DNA of 49,779 nt from Chiloscyllium plagiosum. Lineage: Eukaryota. The DNA is taken from assembly GCF_004010195.1 (NCBI RefSeq), contig NC_057711.1, forward strand, positions 81,779,238 to 81,829,016, written 5' to 3'. Both the position numbers and the translations under genes were made by a program. The notes below the pieces were generated by a model that did no database searches, was not told where the DNA came from, and worked only from the letters and a program-made list of their open reading frames with translations. Below are positions 1-13,600 of the stretch, piece by piece (the stretch's first letter is position 1; each line of letters opens with the position of its first letter).

Positions 1-550
1 CTAAAGTAAGCTGTGAAGGGTGTTTTGGATTTGATTCCAAAATGTGCTGAAGCCCAACTAGAGTATTTACCTGTCAAACATAAGTGCTAATTAGGGTACA
101 ATTATACACAAGACTAGGGAAGTTGAGATTTTGACATAAACTTCATTAGGACTCAGTGCCTTTTTCATAATAATCAATAAACTTATTCAACCATTTGGGA
201 AAAAAGTCAAATAATTATTTTTAAATATAATGGACAAAAATTTCAATTTTGTATGTTCTCTTGCAAGCATGAGTGCAAAGGGTAAACACCTAAACCTGTT
301 TTTGTACTCTAGTCTCAGAAACAGCAGGAGAAAAGTAATCTGAGACAAGCCAACATATAGCATTCTGTTGTTTATCAAAAACTACAGGAAAATTTCTATT
401 TTGGGTGGGGTTTTACAAACAAACACTCAGATTTTAGCAATCTTTTCTGGAATGTTTCTATCCGAAACCTGATTGCGAAACTAGTTAGAAATAAATTCTA
501 CTTCCACCGAACACTAGAAGAGTTAATAGAATTCAGAGCAAGGTCTGTAC

Positions 551-705
551 CTTGAGGAAGCTTGAGCAAGTGCTATGATGCCTCTGCTGGTAGCTGCTGT
601 CCAACTGACATCCACTGAAGTTAACTTGAGACAAACTGCGCTTGCACAGAGTAGAATTGTGTCCCCTGTCACCACTGGTCCACTGCAGCTTGTAACATTC
701 AGCTC
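551..705 (-). CDS. Host F-box/LRR protein, internal coding exon (LRR: ELNVTSCSGPVVTGDTILLCASAVCLKLTSVDVSWTAATSRGIIALAQASS)
   Basis: Acceptor ctcaaaatacag|GAG and donor CAAG|gtacag; 155 nt. Phase 0 start matches the 16523 exon end, and the junction DSLQ|ELNVTSC reads as a cysteine-containing LRR. Different frame from the 533..733 ORF call. Confidence 0.85.
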
Positions 706-1274
706 CTGTATTTTGAGAAATGTTGCTTTTCAAATAGGAACCTGAATTAGTTTACCTTGGTATTCAAAATATGCCAATTTGTTTTGCTGGCCATAGGTAT
801 CTTTCTGAGCGAAGTTAGTGCATTGCTAATAATGTAGAGGGCACAACAATTTATAAAACCAGAAGAATCATAATATTCTGCATACTGTACTGGTTAGGTA
901 AAACTGTTTATCTGACCCATCAGCAGAGTTTAAATGAACACTATTTTGTTTGACTGAATGACATAGAAGGGCAACCTTCTACAAAATATTTTGTTTCTAT
1001 CAACCAATCTTAACTGTCATGAGCAATTTTACTTCACATTACGGCAATATCTTTGTCTCACATTGAGGGCCCTGACGGAATTGCTCTTCTGCTAGTGAGC
1101 TGCCACCTGCAACCGCTGGTGTAGCCAATTGCATAAGCAGAGCAAGTGCCACAGCCAAGCAAGCAGGAGGAGTGGCAGGAGGTTGCCAGCCCCACCATTA
1201 ACTCAAAGGGTTGAATGTCTGAGTACCACATTTGAATGCCTTCTGGAAAGAAATCCATTCCTTGCCACTCAGCA

Positions 1275-1500
1275 AGATCAGAGCTGAAAATGTGTTGCTG
1301 GAAAAGCGCAGCAGGTCAGGCAGCATCCAGGGAACAGGAGAATCGACGTTTTGGGCATAAGCCCTTCTTCAGGAATCCTGAAGAAGGGCTTATGCCCGAA
1401 ACGTCGATTCTCTTGTTCCCTGGATGCTGCCTGACCTGCTGCGCTTTTCCAGCAACACATTTTCAGCTCTGATCTCCAGCATCTGCAGACCTCACTTTCT
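1275..1500 (+). mobile_element. Non-autonomous Penelope-derived hairpin insert (inverted duplication of a PLE terminal repeat)
   Basis: Near-perfect palindrome 1275-1374/1376-1475 centred on 1375. Direct repeat ccactcagcaagatcag at 1265-1281 and 1501-1517 (TSD plus microhomology). Same sequence family as 29150-29244. Confidence 0.75.
1372..1411 (+). ncRNA. Minimal type I hammerhead ribozyme motif
   Basis: gaatc-CTGAAGA-a-GGGC-ttat-GCCC-GAAA-CG-TC-gattc: complete core, stem II, palindromic ACGT mini stem III, stem I gaatc/gattc. Predicted cleavage after C1405. Confidence 0.7.
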
Positions 1501-1544
1501 CCACTCAGCAAGATCAGCCTAATACTGTGGTCCACTCCTTCATC

Positions 1545-2240
1545 ACTCCTGACACTTCCTCACAGCACCTTTACATGCAATCACGGAAGATGCAACATTT
1601 GCCATTCACCTTTTATATTCTTATTGTTCAAAGTTCCAAATGCACCTTCTAGGCCAAGCAGCACTTTACTTATACTCTTTCAATCTAGTCTACTGGATTC
1701 ACTGCTCACAATGTGGTGTAATTTATATTGGCAGGACCAAACACAGACTGGTTGATCGCTTTGCAGAACACCTCTGCTTATCTGTAGGAATCACTCCAAA
1801 TTTGCAGTAGCTTACAATTTTGAAAACCGGTCTTGCTCTCAGGCTAACAATTCTCTCCCAGACCTAATGGAAAGTTCTAATGAATCACTGCAAAAACTCA
1901 TGGACCATCGCGTCATTTTCTAATTAGGCACTTTACAGCCTGTAAAACACAAATATCAAATTTCACAACTTCAAAGCCTGACCATATGACATCTGTTCTC
2001 CATTTTTCTTATGTTCTTGTCCTCACCCTTGGTCTTGTCTTGTATTTATTGTTATTGTGCTCTTTGTAGAGAAGATCCTTTTTCTCCATTTCACATTTCT
2101 ATTGTTCTTTCAACACAATAAATAACTCTTTTTTCATCTGTATTAAGCTTTCATTCTCCCTGTTCTTCTCATCCTTCCTTCACTTCTGTTTTCCAATACC
2201 TTTCACTTCTGAAGAAAAGTCATAATGGACTTGGAACATT
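1545..2240 (+). mobile_element. Decayed Penelope-like element 3' part with GIY-YIG endonuclease remnant
   Basis: 1682-1774 translates to NLVYWIHCSQCGVIYIGRTKHRLVDRFAEHL (VY..YIG.T..R..EH). Degenerate CTGAAGA hammerhead-like remnant near 2208-2240. Boundaries approximate. Confidence 0.7.
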
Positions 2241-2595
2241 AACACTAGTAGTATTTCCTCTGTTTGTTTCAGTATGACCCTTGAGAGTTTATATTCTCTA
2301 GATCTGCTTACATTTATACAAGATGGAAGTCTTGCACAGGCCTCATTTTGACTGGAGCCGAGATTCACAAGCCTGCCTGGTGTCTCACTCCGTTACCTAG
2401 CTTACCTTCAATGACACTTGACATGATTCCCATCACTCCTAACCAACTCTCATTTATCCGAGAGCTTTTCTCCATCAACCATCATTCAGAACACGGAAAC
2501 ACTGAATTCTAGTTACTGCCAGCCATCATCTTCAACTCACTCAGGTGAACTCAAAGGACACCAACATTATTTTTGCTTGTAGACATGAACATTTC

Positions 2596-3408
2596 ATAGA
2601 ACATAGAACAATAGAACAATACAGCGCAGTACAGGCCCTTTGGCCCTCGATGTTGCGCCGATCCAAGCCCACCTAACCTATACTAACCCACTATCCTCCA
2701 TATACCTATCCAATGCCCGCTTAAATGCCCATAAAGAGGGAGAGTCCACCACTGCTGCTGGCAGGGCATTCCATGAACTTACGACTCGCTGAGTGAAGAA
2801 CCTACCCCTAACATCAGTCCTATATCTACCGTGCCTCCACATCTTTCCTATAGTATGGCGACCAAAACTGCACATAATATTCCAGATGCGGCCGTACCAG
2901 AGTCTTATACAACTGCCTCATGACCTCAGGACTCCGGGACTCAATTCCTCTACCAATAAAAGCCAGTACGCCATATGCCTTCCTCACCGCACTATTTACC
3001 TGGGTGGCAACTTTCAGAGATCTGTGTACATGGACACCAAGATCCCTCTGCTCATCCACCCTACCAAGTATCCGACCATTAGCCCAGTACCCCATCTTTT
3101 TGTTATTCTTCCCAAAGTGAATCCCCTCACACTTAGCTACATTGGATTCCATTTGCCACCTTTCTGCCCAGCTCTGCAGCTTCTCTATATCCTGCTGTAA
3201 CCTGCCACATGCTTCCTCACTGTCAACAACTCCTCCGACTTTCGTATCATCCGCAAACTTGCTCACCCAACCTTCTAACCCCTCTTCCAGGTCATTTATA
3301 AAAATGACAAACAGCAATGGTCCCAAAACAGATCCTTGCAGAACACCGCTAGTGACGGCACTCCATGAAGAAACTTTGCCATCAACTACTACCCTCTGTC
3401 TTCTTCCA
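2596..3408 (-). mobile_element. CR1 LINE, 5'-truncated (RT C-terminus plus 3' UTR)
   Basis: ORF 2826..3326 GPLLFVIFINDL..KFADDTK..LVRPHLEY..FWSP; short TTCTA-type repeat tail near 2596-2620. Confidence 0.9.
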
Positions 3409-3799
3409 TTTCCTCAGTGTTTTCTCCCTGGCCCCTGCTAGGGTTATTTTCCCGTTACACATGAAATCCTATTAAGTTTCTGCTCCTTCCTTCATATTTG
3501 CACAAAGCATTACAACTTTAGTGATAACTGATGTGTGTTGGAAGGTCACCTGTGGCTTTCTTTGTATGTTAGCAATGGTTTTTCATGATTTACCATAATT
3601 TAAACAAACATGGATGGTCTTGCAACTCTATATTCTACATTCAGTGTAGAAGTCTGGCATGACTTTTCACATTTTCTTTCCCTTAGGATCGATTTTCTTT
3701 TCCACTGTCCTCCTTTTCTCTTATCCCTGTTTATATAGACAGTATGATATGCTGTGACTCAAAGGTGTATGAGTTAGTTCATAATCCTTTGTCTTCCAG

Positions 3800-4800
3800 C
3801 TGCTGTCCTTGTTGAGGTAACCACTTGTTCCTCAAGGTGCATTTTCATATTAGAGGGAAACTTGAAGATGGTGGTGTTCCCATGTATCTGCTGCCCTTGC
3901 CCTTCTAAGAAGCTTTGGCAATTTATGTGATACATCTTGTAGATAGTACACAATGCTGCTACTGAATGTTGGTGGTGGAGGGAGTGGATGTTTATGGATA
4001 TGTTGCTAATCAAATAAACTGCTTTGTCCTGGATGATATCAGGCAAGTGGGGAATATTCAACCATGTTCTTGACTTGTGCCTTGGAGATGGTGGACAGGC
4101 TGAGGGGAGTCAGGAGAGGATACTGCAGGAGCCCCAGCCTCTGACCTGCTCTTGTAGCCATTGTATTTATATGACTAGCCTAGTTTAGTTTCTGGTCAAT
4201 ATTAATAGTAGGGGATTCAGTGATGGTAATTCCAGTGAATTGAACAGTAAAGGAATTAAGGGTGATGGTGAGAGGGCAGGTTAGTGGAGCTGAGGTCACG
4301 AAAAGATCAGCCATGATCTTATTGAATGGCGGAGCAGGCTCGAACAGCCAGATGGCCTACTCCTAGTTCTTATATTCTTATGAATGTCAAGGAATGATGG
4401 CTAGATTGTCTTACGTTGGAGATGCTCATTGTCTGGCATTTGTGAGATGTGAATCTTACTTGTCACTTTTCAGCCTCAGCATGCATATTGCCCAGGTCTT
4501 GCTGCATTTGGTCTTGGACCACAGTTACACATGCTGCTGAACATAGTGCAATCATCACCAAATAGTCCCAATTCTGACCTCATAATCGATGGAAGGTTTT
4601 TGATGAAGTATCTGAATATGTTTGGGTCTGAGACAATATCCTGAGGAGCTCCTGCGGAGATGTCCTGCAAGTGAGATGATTGAACTCAACCGGCAAAACC
4701 ACCTGCTCTTGCATCAAAGGTGACTCTGACAAATGGAGAGCTTCCCTGCCACTTGCCCCTCACCATTTCCATTGACTCTAGTTTTGCTGGAGTTCCTCAA
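3800..4800 (-). mobile_element. Old CR1/L2-group LINE fragment
   Basis: DISAGAPQDIVSDPNIFRYFIKNLPSIMRSELGLFGDDCTMF is a degenerate G.PQG..LGP..F...INDL...FADD RT motif. Boundaries approximate. Confidence 0.65.
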
Positions 4801-7339
4801 TGCAACAATGTATCTTACTTGGGCATTTTTCTTCTACAAACAACCTCCATTCTACAGGTATTTTATTATATCATCATGGCTATACATGTGAGATGTTGCT
4901 GTTCTATAATACCGACTGTGATTCTTAGTATCAATCAGCCTGCTGAAGGCAATAATGTCTAAACTTGTTCAGATTAGTATTTCATTTTGATGCAGTGCTG
5001 TATCTTAAGATTTATTTCTTATAAGATATCCAATCATTCATTTTATTGGGTCCATTTTACACAAAAAGGTGAGATGGAGGTCACACCATTTATAGCCAAA
5101 GTAGGGCCTTTCTGCTTCTTCTGGATAAAAAGATGACTGCCAGCTTTTCATTGCTCAGTCACAAAACTTATCCCTTTGTACAATTACAGCCCTAATTCTG
5201 AGCATCCTAACTTTCCATAAGTCTTAAAATTCTTCTAACTTTCTTCTTCCATTAGACATATTTTTCTGTGTTTAACACTTTTCCCCCTTGTGGCCTTAAA
5301 CAAAGTCTATTGATTTTTCAATACTGCAACCAAAATATAACATATTTTTCTGGCCCTAAATCTGTGCACTGTAGCTGCTTCTCATGGAGCCCACTCTCAA
5401 AGCCAGTTTTGAGAAATGAGAATTCTTTTTTTATTCCTTTTCCTACGTGGTCTTTGATTAACACATGCTATTACAACCAGATGTTCATGACAGCTCAATA
5501 AGATACTACAGTCAATCATTTACACACTCTATTTAGCAATGAAACTTGGAAAGACAAAATACTAACTTGACAAAGCTACCAAAACAAGTAAAAATTGAAT
5601 AATTCTTTCAAGATGCTTCTGCAACAACTGCGGCTTTTAGTTTAAACTTACAGAAGAATCCTAAAAATGGCTATTCTAAACGCATTCAAAACGTTATGGG
5701 AATCACCTTTCTTTCAAAAGCCCTCTAACTTTTTATCATATTTGATTGCAGCAATACCATTCTATTCGTCAGTGTTAAATAAGCATAAAATTTAATTCCC
5801 TCATCCTTCATACACATTATTTATCTTTCTCTAATGCTCTTTCTTAACACTATAAGAAGCAGTTGACAAGCATAGTCATCATTAATTTACTTCAGTCACC
5901 TGATAGAGGTGTGTCATTTATAGTAGCATTAGAATTTGTCTCACTCTATTTACCTACCAACCTTTGATCCAGGATATAATTTAACAGTTCCAAGATAATG
6001 AAAGCCTTAAGCAGTGAGCCCTGTTACCAAATATTAAATAAGTTCCTTGTTGTTAATCTGCCTGGAATTTTCCAACAGTAAACATGGATTTTTTAAAGAT
6101 TTCTGAGGACTCAAGAGTGGTTTCAAATTGACACAATATTTAAAAGAGCTCATATCATGGTGTCATCATGAAATACCAGCCATGTATAGTTAAGTACTTT
6201 TTCTGACATTAATACTATTGGGAAATGATTAAGAATCCTATTCATAGAATCATACGGAACAGAATAAGGCCATTCAACCCATCATATAAGTACTCCTCTT
6301 AACGTCATCTCCACTAAAATTGTAGACTAAAATAATTCAATAAGTAATTTTCTGATGCATCAAATAACTAAAGGTGTGATCAGTTAACACATTAATAGCA
6401 ACATATACATATAAAACCATACAGCAGTAAGAAGTCATTGCCTCAAGAAGAGGTGTAAGTGAGATGGACAAAATTAGCATTTAGCTATGTTGATTTCCAG
6501 GTAAATATTCAGTAGATGCAACAGGCACAGTGGGTTTGTCTCTACTAAATGGACTGCAGTGTTCAAGAAGATAGTTCACGATCACCTTCCCAAGGCAATT
6601 TGGGATGGGCAATAAATGCTGGGACTGCCAGAAGTGCTCATCTCCCAAGGAAAAAAAATGGTAATGATGACATGTTCCTTTTAGCACTCCAAATCTCAAA
6701 TTGGCAAGCACTAAATCTGCCAAAACCTCTCTTTCTGGAAATAAGATATCTACTTAAACTGTGTGTCTCTGGGTCTATTCTCTGAAACTTCATGTCTAGC
6801 CTTTCCTCATCATCAGCAGCTAATCTGTTCCCAGATTTCTCTCAATTCTATACCATAATTATTCTGATGACTAATGGGCAAGCAAGGGATAAGAAAAGGT
6901 TAATTGTCTAATAATGTTAACTATCTGTTGTGTTAACTTTCCATGTGTAACTATTTTGAGTCATCTCTACTAAATGATAAAATCCTGGATTTCTATAACG
7001 CCTTTTAACATAGAGAGATTCTATTTTAGATGCTTTAAATGGGGGGGGGGATGGAATAGATGCTGAAACTGACCAAAAGCTTGATCAAAGTCAGCCTTTC
7101 TGAAAGCTATACAAGATGGTGAGGGAAACGTAGTGAAGAGCAGGAGTTTAGGAACAGAGTTACAGAGATGAGGCCCAACTGAACCAAAGATGTACCTATA
7201 AAACAAAATGCCAGAGGACTACAGATTAAGAGACAAGATGCAAGACTAGAAATGCCTGTTGAGATAGGGCCATGGATTGATTTGTGGGTGAAGACTAGTG
7301 TTGACCCAGTATGGTAGATAAACCCACAGTTCTGAAGGA

Positions 7340-8170
7340 ATAGTGTCATTGTTCCAAATCAGGGTGGTGAGAGACATGGAATGACTCTTGGGGACCATTG
7401 TGCTTCCATGGATCTGATGCCCTTCTTCTTCTGTTTTGTTGGCTTCCTGGGTTTGAAGGATGCTGTCAGAGGATCCTTATTAAGTTGCTATAGTGTATCT
7501 TCTGGATTTTGCTAATGTGCTGATGGGTGGACGGAGTGATTGTTTAAGGTAGTTAACAGAATGCTGATTAAGCAGGCTGTTTTGCCTTGAATGCTGTTAA
7601 AGCAGATTGTTAGAGCTGCACTTATCCAGGCATTCCATCACAGTCCTGACTTGTGCTTTGTAGATATGGCAGGGTTTGCAAAATCAAGCGGTGAGTTACT
7701 TGTGCAGAACGGCCAGACTGTATCCTGTTTCAGTAAGCACTGTATTTGTGTGGTTAGTCAGCTAAGTTTCTGGTTATTGACAACTTCCAAGATCTTGGTA
7801 GTGGGAAAAAAAAATCAATGATGTAATGACATTGAACATCAACAGAAAATGGATAGGTTGGAGATGGTCACTGTCAGGCACTTGCATAGTGTGAATGTTG
7901 TTTATCACTTATCAACCTCAATCTCAATCTCAATCTGAATATTGTCCAATTTTACTGCATTTAGACTGGTTTACAGTCATGAATGGTGCTGAACTTGGTA
8001 CGATCATCAGCAAACAGCTGCACTTCTAACCTTATGATGATGGGAAGATCACCGTTGAAGCAGTTGAATGATTGGGCCTCGGACACAACCTTGAGGAACT
8101 CTAGCAGAGATGTCCTGGAACTGAAACAACTGACCGCTAATAACTACAACCACCTTCCTTTGCACAATTG
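7340..8170 (-). mobile_element. Old CR1/L2-group LINE fragment (same family as 3800-4800)
   Basis: Colinear similarity to 3800-4800 (ggagatggtcactgtcaggcac, gatcatcagcaaacag, gagatgtcctggaac). Confidence 0.6.
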
Positions 8171-8209
8171 CACTGTTGAGAAGTGTTGCCATTCACATTT
8201 GACATTAAA

Positions 8210-8527
8210 CGGCATAGTGGCTCAGTGGTTAGCACTGCTGCCTCACAGCACTAGGGTCCCGGGTTCAATTCCAATCATGGGCAACTGTCTGTGTGGAGTT
8301 TGCACATTCTCCCCATGTCTGTGTGGGTTTCCTCCGGGTGCTCTGGTTTCCTCCCACAGTCCAAAGATATGCAGGTCAGATGAATTGGCTATGCTAAATT
8401 GCCCATAGTGTTAGGTGCATTAGTCAGAGGGAAATGTGTCCGGGTGGGTTACTCTTCGGAGGGTTGGTGTGGACTTGTTGGGCTGAAGGGCCTGTTTCCA
8501 CACTGTAGGGAATCTAGTCTAATCTAA
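8210..8527 (+). mobile_element. HE1-type tRNA-derived SINE (elasmobranch V-SINE)
   Basis: tRNA-like head with A box (tggctcagtgg) and B box (ggttcaattcc), core gtggagtttgcacattctcccc, CR1-like 3' end with aatct repeat tail. Confidence 0.85.
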
Positions 8528-10129
8528 ACTGAGGTTTCACCTTTCTGTTCAGAAGAATGGAAAAAAAAGAGAAGTCTTGCAAATATCACTTACAAATGGT
8601 TGGGGAATCCAAGATGGCAGCAATCTGAAAAGACTGCTTTGCTGGACTCTGCATCACAGCACAAGCAAAGCAGTGCTTTAACCATCCCCACTCAAATGAT
8701 TTCGCTAAATTCCAATGCTGCAATAGTTATAGAATCTCTATTAAACCTCTTTTTTACCTCCAAGCGGAAATGACAAAACACGGAAAAGGATCGACTAAAT
8801 CTCAACAGGTGGGGCCCCTGCCAGAGGCACCTAGTTCGTCCACGGTCTAGGCCCTGCAGCACCCCCCCAGCTCGATAGACCTGATTACTCACTAGGCCCT
8901 TGTCGCAGAGCAAGCACAGTTGTGCAAAAAGCTTGAAGACAAGGTCAAAGAAAGGTTTAACAGTAAGTTGGGCCTGCTCCCTGTCATAATTCAAAAAACA
9001 TGATCAGCAGCTTGAAAACCTCGGGAAGAGAGCGGGTGAGGTCGAGCGCTGAACCACAGTGACAGAGACCGAGATTGATGATCCAAAGATCGGATCCAAG
9101 CCCTTGAAAAGCAGGCCCGTAGTTTAACTGATCAAGTTGACAATCTCGAGAATAGAGGCAGTATTGTTGGTCTGCCAGAGGGAACGGAAGGTGGTTAGCC
9201 AGTGAAATCTTTCGAGAACTGGCAGCTGCGATTTCTCAACTTAAGATGTCGAAATGGGTGAAAATTGAAAGCGCTCACCAGGTTATGGCACGCAGGTCAG
9301 GTTCAGACCAGCACCTCGCCCTATCCTCATGTGATTTCACAGCTACAGGTACAAATAAATAGTCTCCAGAACCTAGGGGTAAGATCTGAAGGACTTAGTT
9401 CACAAGGACTCCAGGAACATGTTTTTTCAGCGGCAGTAATCCACAAAAGAAAATCTTTCGATGATGTCAAGAAAACATAAAGGGATCTTGGGATCCAGTA
9501 CTCTTTAAGGTACCCAGCAGTGCTTCAGTTTGCTTTCAATGGATCCGCACACTCATTCGACTCTCCAGAGAAAGCAAAAAACTTTGTGGACACTTTAAAT
9601 TAGACTGGTCAATTTAATAGATAGATAATAATGTTTTTTTCTTTCCAAAGAAAGTGTTGTTGGGTTTTTTTCAGGTACTAACCAGTGTTAAAATATACTT
9701 GGGGATAGTTAGAGTACTAACTTTTAACACCTTTGTTAATTCTACTTTTTTTTCTATTTTTGCTTGTGTCTGTGGTGCGGCTGTAGCTAGGAGTTAGGAA
9801 GGTGTCTGCAATGGCTAACTGTCTATCTACAGGCACTTCAAGCCTGGTTTTTGTATAAATTGCCCTGGTTACCATATTGGCAATGGGTCAGAAGACAAGG
9901 TTTTGGGATGTGTAGATACCCCCTTTGGGCGGGGGAGAGGGGGTAAATTCCCCTATTCAGCGCCATTGGCTCTTTGTATTTTGTTTTGTTTTTTGGTTCT
10001 TGTTGTACATAGTTTTTGAAAATTTTGAAGATTTGTTAGTTGTAGTTTTTTAGACTGTAGTTTTCATGTTTTGAGGATTTGCTTACATTGAGGCTCAGTG
10101 ATTTGTGATTCGAATTCTTCCTCTTTTCT

Positions 10130-10449
10130 GGGTGGCATAGTGGCTCAATGGTTAGCACTGCTGCATCACAGAGCCAGGGACCCTGGTTCAATTCCAGCCT
10201 TGGGTGACTATATGTGTGGAGTTTACACATTCTCCCAGCATCTGCATGGGTTTTCTCCAGGTGCTCCAGTTTCCTCTCACAATCCAAAGATGTGCAGGCT
10301 AGATGAAGTGGCCATGCTAAATTGCCAATAGTGTTCAGGGATGTCTAGGTTAGAGTAGGGGAATGGGTGGGATACTCCATAGAGGGTCAGTGTGGATTTA
10401 TTGGGCTGAAGGGCCTGTTGCCACACTGTAAGGATTCTATTCTATTCTA
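10130..10449 (+). mobile_element. HE1-type SINE nested in the L1 inter-ORF region
   Basis: Same head, core and tail as 8210-8527; ends in ttcta repeats. Confidence 0.85.
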
Positions 10450-10482
10450 GAAGACTGGAGTCCAAATGTTGCTACAGATTGT

Positions 10483-10655
10483 TATACCTATTAGTTAAAT
10501 TTCAGGGCAATATAACAGCTCCAGGGCATTGGCGAATGGATTCCTTCATTCTTAAGGATAGTAAGTTCATTGAGTATTTCTCCAATGAATTCAGAGCTTT
10601 CCTAGCCATTAATTCAGACTCGGCCAGTAACCAATCCATCCTCTGGGAAACTGCT
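10483..10655 (+). repeat. 173-bp duplicate of L1 ORF2 segment 11350-11522
   Basis: Direct comparison shows about 5 substitutions in 173 nt. Confidence 0.9.
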
Positions 10656-13600
10656 CGATGACATACTTAAATGGTGTATCTAGAACATCAAGGGGAGCCA
10701 CTCACCAGTCAAGGGGAAAAAGGTACTTTCCAGTCTTAAAAGGGAGAGGGTGGATATTGCCCTACAACAGGAGACACATCTTGATCATAGGGAACATTTG
10801 AAATTACAACAGAGTGGATTTGATCAGGTTTACTTCTTTTAATAGTAGGAGTGGGGGAATGGCCATACTTGTTCGGAAGAACCTCTCATTTCAGATACTG
10901 GATTGTATTAAAAATGTGTAGAGGAGGTTCATAATCCTCAAAGCCACGACATATGAAGAATACAGTACTTTAAATGATTACTGTCCCCAAGCCTATCCCC
11001 TTAAAATTTCCGGTAGATGCATTTTCCAAACTGATTAGTCTTTCATCGCGGCATATTATTATAGGGAGAGATTTTAACTGTCTTATGGATCCCACGGTAG
11101 ACAGAATGCTCAGAAGCCCTCCCGCCCGAGTACCTTCTCTACAATCTAAGTAACTGGTGGATCTTTGTGCAGAACTAGGACTGGTGGATGTCTGGAAGCG
11201 TCTCCACCACACAAGCAGGGATTTTACATTCTTCTTCAACCAACACAGGTGCCACACCAGTATTGATCTCTTTCTAACCCCCACTGCATTCCTAGATTTG
11301 GTAGAGTCCTGTACAACTGGGGATATTACCATCTCTGATCGTGCAGCAGTATACCTATTAGGTAAATTTCAGGGCAATATAACAGCTCCAGGGCACTGGC
11401 GAATGGATTCCTTCATTCTTAAGGATAGTAAGTTCATTGAGTATTTCTCTAATGAATTCAGAGCTTTCCTAGCCATTAATTCAGACTCAGCCAGTGACCA
11501 ATCCATCCTCTGGGAAACTGCTAAAGTTAATGCGGGGGATAATTAGTTCCTATTCTGCCAGTAAGCATCAGCAGAAGGGAGAGCAGCAATGCTTGCTTGA
11601 AATACGGCTGAAGGCAGACTTTATAAGACCCACGATGGCTAAGCTACAGAGAGTCAGAGCGCTTCGGTATACACTGAACTCCATGCTCACACAGACAACC
11701 AAGAAGGAACTCACTTTTGTGAAACAAAGGTTGTTTGAGCACGGTGATAAACCAGGTAAGTATTTAGCATATTTTGCCAGGAAAAAGAGTGCCGACCAAG
11801 CCAATACCTCTATCAGGGAAGGGACTGGAACCCTTACTTGCAATTCTAAAAAGATGAATGCAGTATTTCTGAGATTTTGCTCCAAATTATATCAGTTTGA
11901 ATGCTGTGAGGATGGGAGGGTTAGAATGAACTGAATTTAATTTATTGTCACGTGTACTGAGGCACAGTGAAAAGCTTTGTCTTGTGAGCAATACAGGCAG
12001 ATCACATAGGATTTTTTTTCAAGAACCTGGATCTTCCAGGTGTAACCCCTGAGCAAGAGACTTTCTTTAACACCCTATTATCAATGCAGGAGGCGGTGAA
12101 GCAGCTCCAGAGCAGAAAGGCACCCAGTCCTGACAGACTTCCGAGTGAATTTTATAAAGAATTTATAAACATACTATCAAGACCAATGCTTAACATGTTC
12201 AATCACTCATACAGTCACAACTGCCTCCCAACATCCTTGAGAGGCTAACGACTCTTATTCTTAGGAAAGGGAAGACCCAAGAGGACTGTGCCTCCTATAG
12301 GCCCATCTCATTTTTAAATGTCGATTTCACAATCCTGTCTAAGACCCTTGCACTAAGGCTTGAAACTGTGCTGCCTTCCATCATCAAAGAGGACCAGACC
12401 AGCTTTCGAAAGGGCTGCAAATCTTCCAACAATGTTAGGAGATTGCTCAATATGATCCAAGCGTGCCAACAACAAGGTATACAGGGATTAGCGATCTCAC
12501 TAGATGCAGAGAAGACATTTGATCGTATTGAGTAGCTGTACCTCTTCTATACTCTAGAACGGTTTGGCTTTGGCAAAGCCTCTGTTGGGTGGGTAAAGGT
12601 CCTTTATAGCGATGCTCTGGGCAATGGCGATATTCTCACCAATGGTGTACAATCAAGTAATTTTAGTATCCACTAGGGCAGTCAACAAGGCTGTCTCCTC
12701 TCACCATTGCTTTTTACTTCGACGATTGAGTCGCTGGCAGAGGCCATTCATAGGAACCCAGCATATTTGCCTCAGAAGTGGGACGAAAATCATACAAGAT
12801 TACATCATATGCAGATGATGTCCTTATCTTTCTGTCAAAACCAACAGTTTTGGTATCTCATCTGATACAATGTATTAATTTGTTTGGTGCTTTTTCAGGC
12901 CACAAAATTAATTTTACAAAATTATAGGCCATGCCTATGGGGGAGGGTCTCCAAAAAATACTTGTCGTTGAAAATGAACCTCGATTTCCTTTTAAATAGT
13001 CATGGTGGGGCTGGGGGGAAGGGAAGGGGTGGGGTGTGGGTTCTTTATTTAGGTATATTGATCGTTCCCATCTTTGATCTAAGGCTAACTTTGCCCACTT
13101 ATTTGACAAAAATCAAGCAGGACTTTCAAAGATGGAAGACGCATCTAATATCCTGGCCTTAGGAGATCATAGCACTTATTATAGTGAATATCCTCCCTCA
13201 TATATTATACCTGATGTGAATGCTTCCTTTGATCTTCACTAGACAAACATTCAGGAAACTGAAATGGCTGGTTCAGCTCTTTCATCTGGCACCATAAAAA
13301 CAACCCCTTATCAAATTAACCAAATTGTAACTGCCCCACAAACTGAGGAGAACGACAAATTAAATATTAGTTTATGTGAGTGACTGGGCCTGTGGGAATT
13401 CAGCTTCAATAAGGTTAGACATCGAAGTGCCCCCTCAATAGACTGCTGTTCCTAGACAAAATGAGGACAGTTAAGGAATATTGCCAAAATCCAATAATTA
13501 CCAATACCATTAACGCATGGAGGGCAATGCGGCAGAGTGAGGGTAACAGCCAAAGCATCATTTTTATCCCCTATAATTGGTATACTAGGTCTCCAACCAG

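Noticed and set aside
187..378. Next downstream host exon
   Set aside because: No LRR-like peptide or convincing phase 2 acceptor and donor pair; the gene probably continues left of the window.
1236..1535. Mirror-image ORFs on both strands
   Set aside because: Artefact of the palindromic insert.
8210..8280. tRNA gene
   Set aside because: The tRNA-like head continues into a SINE body and tail, repeated at 10130 and 14780.
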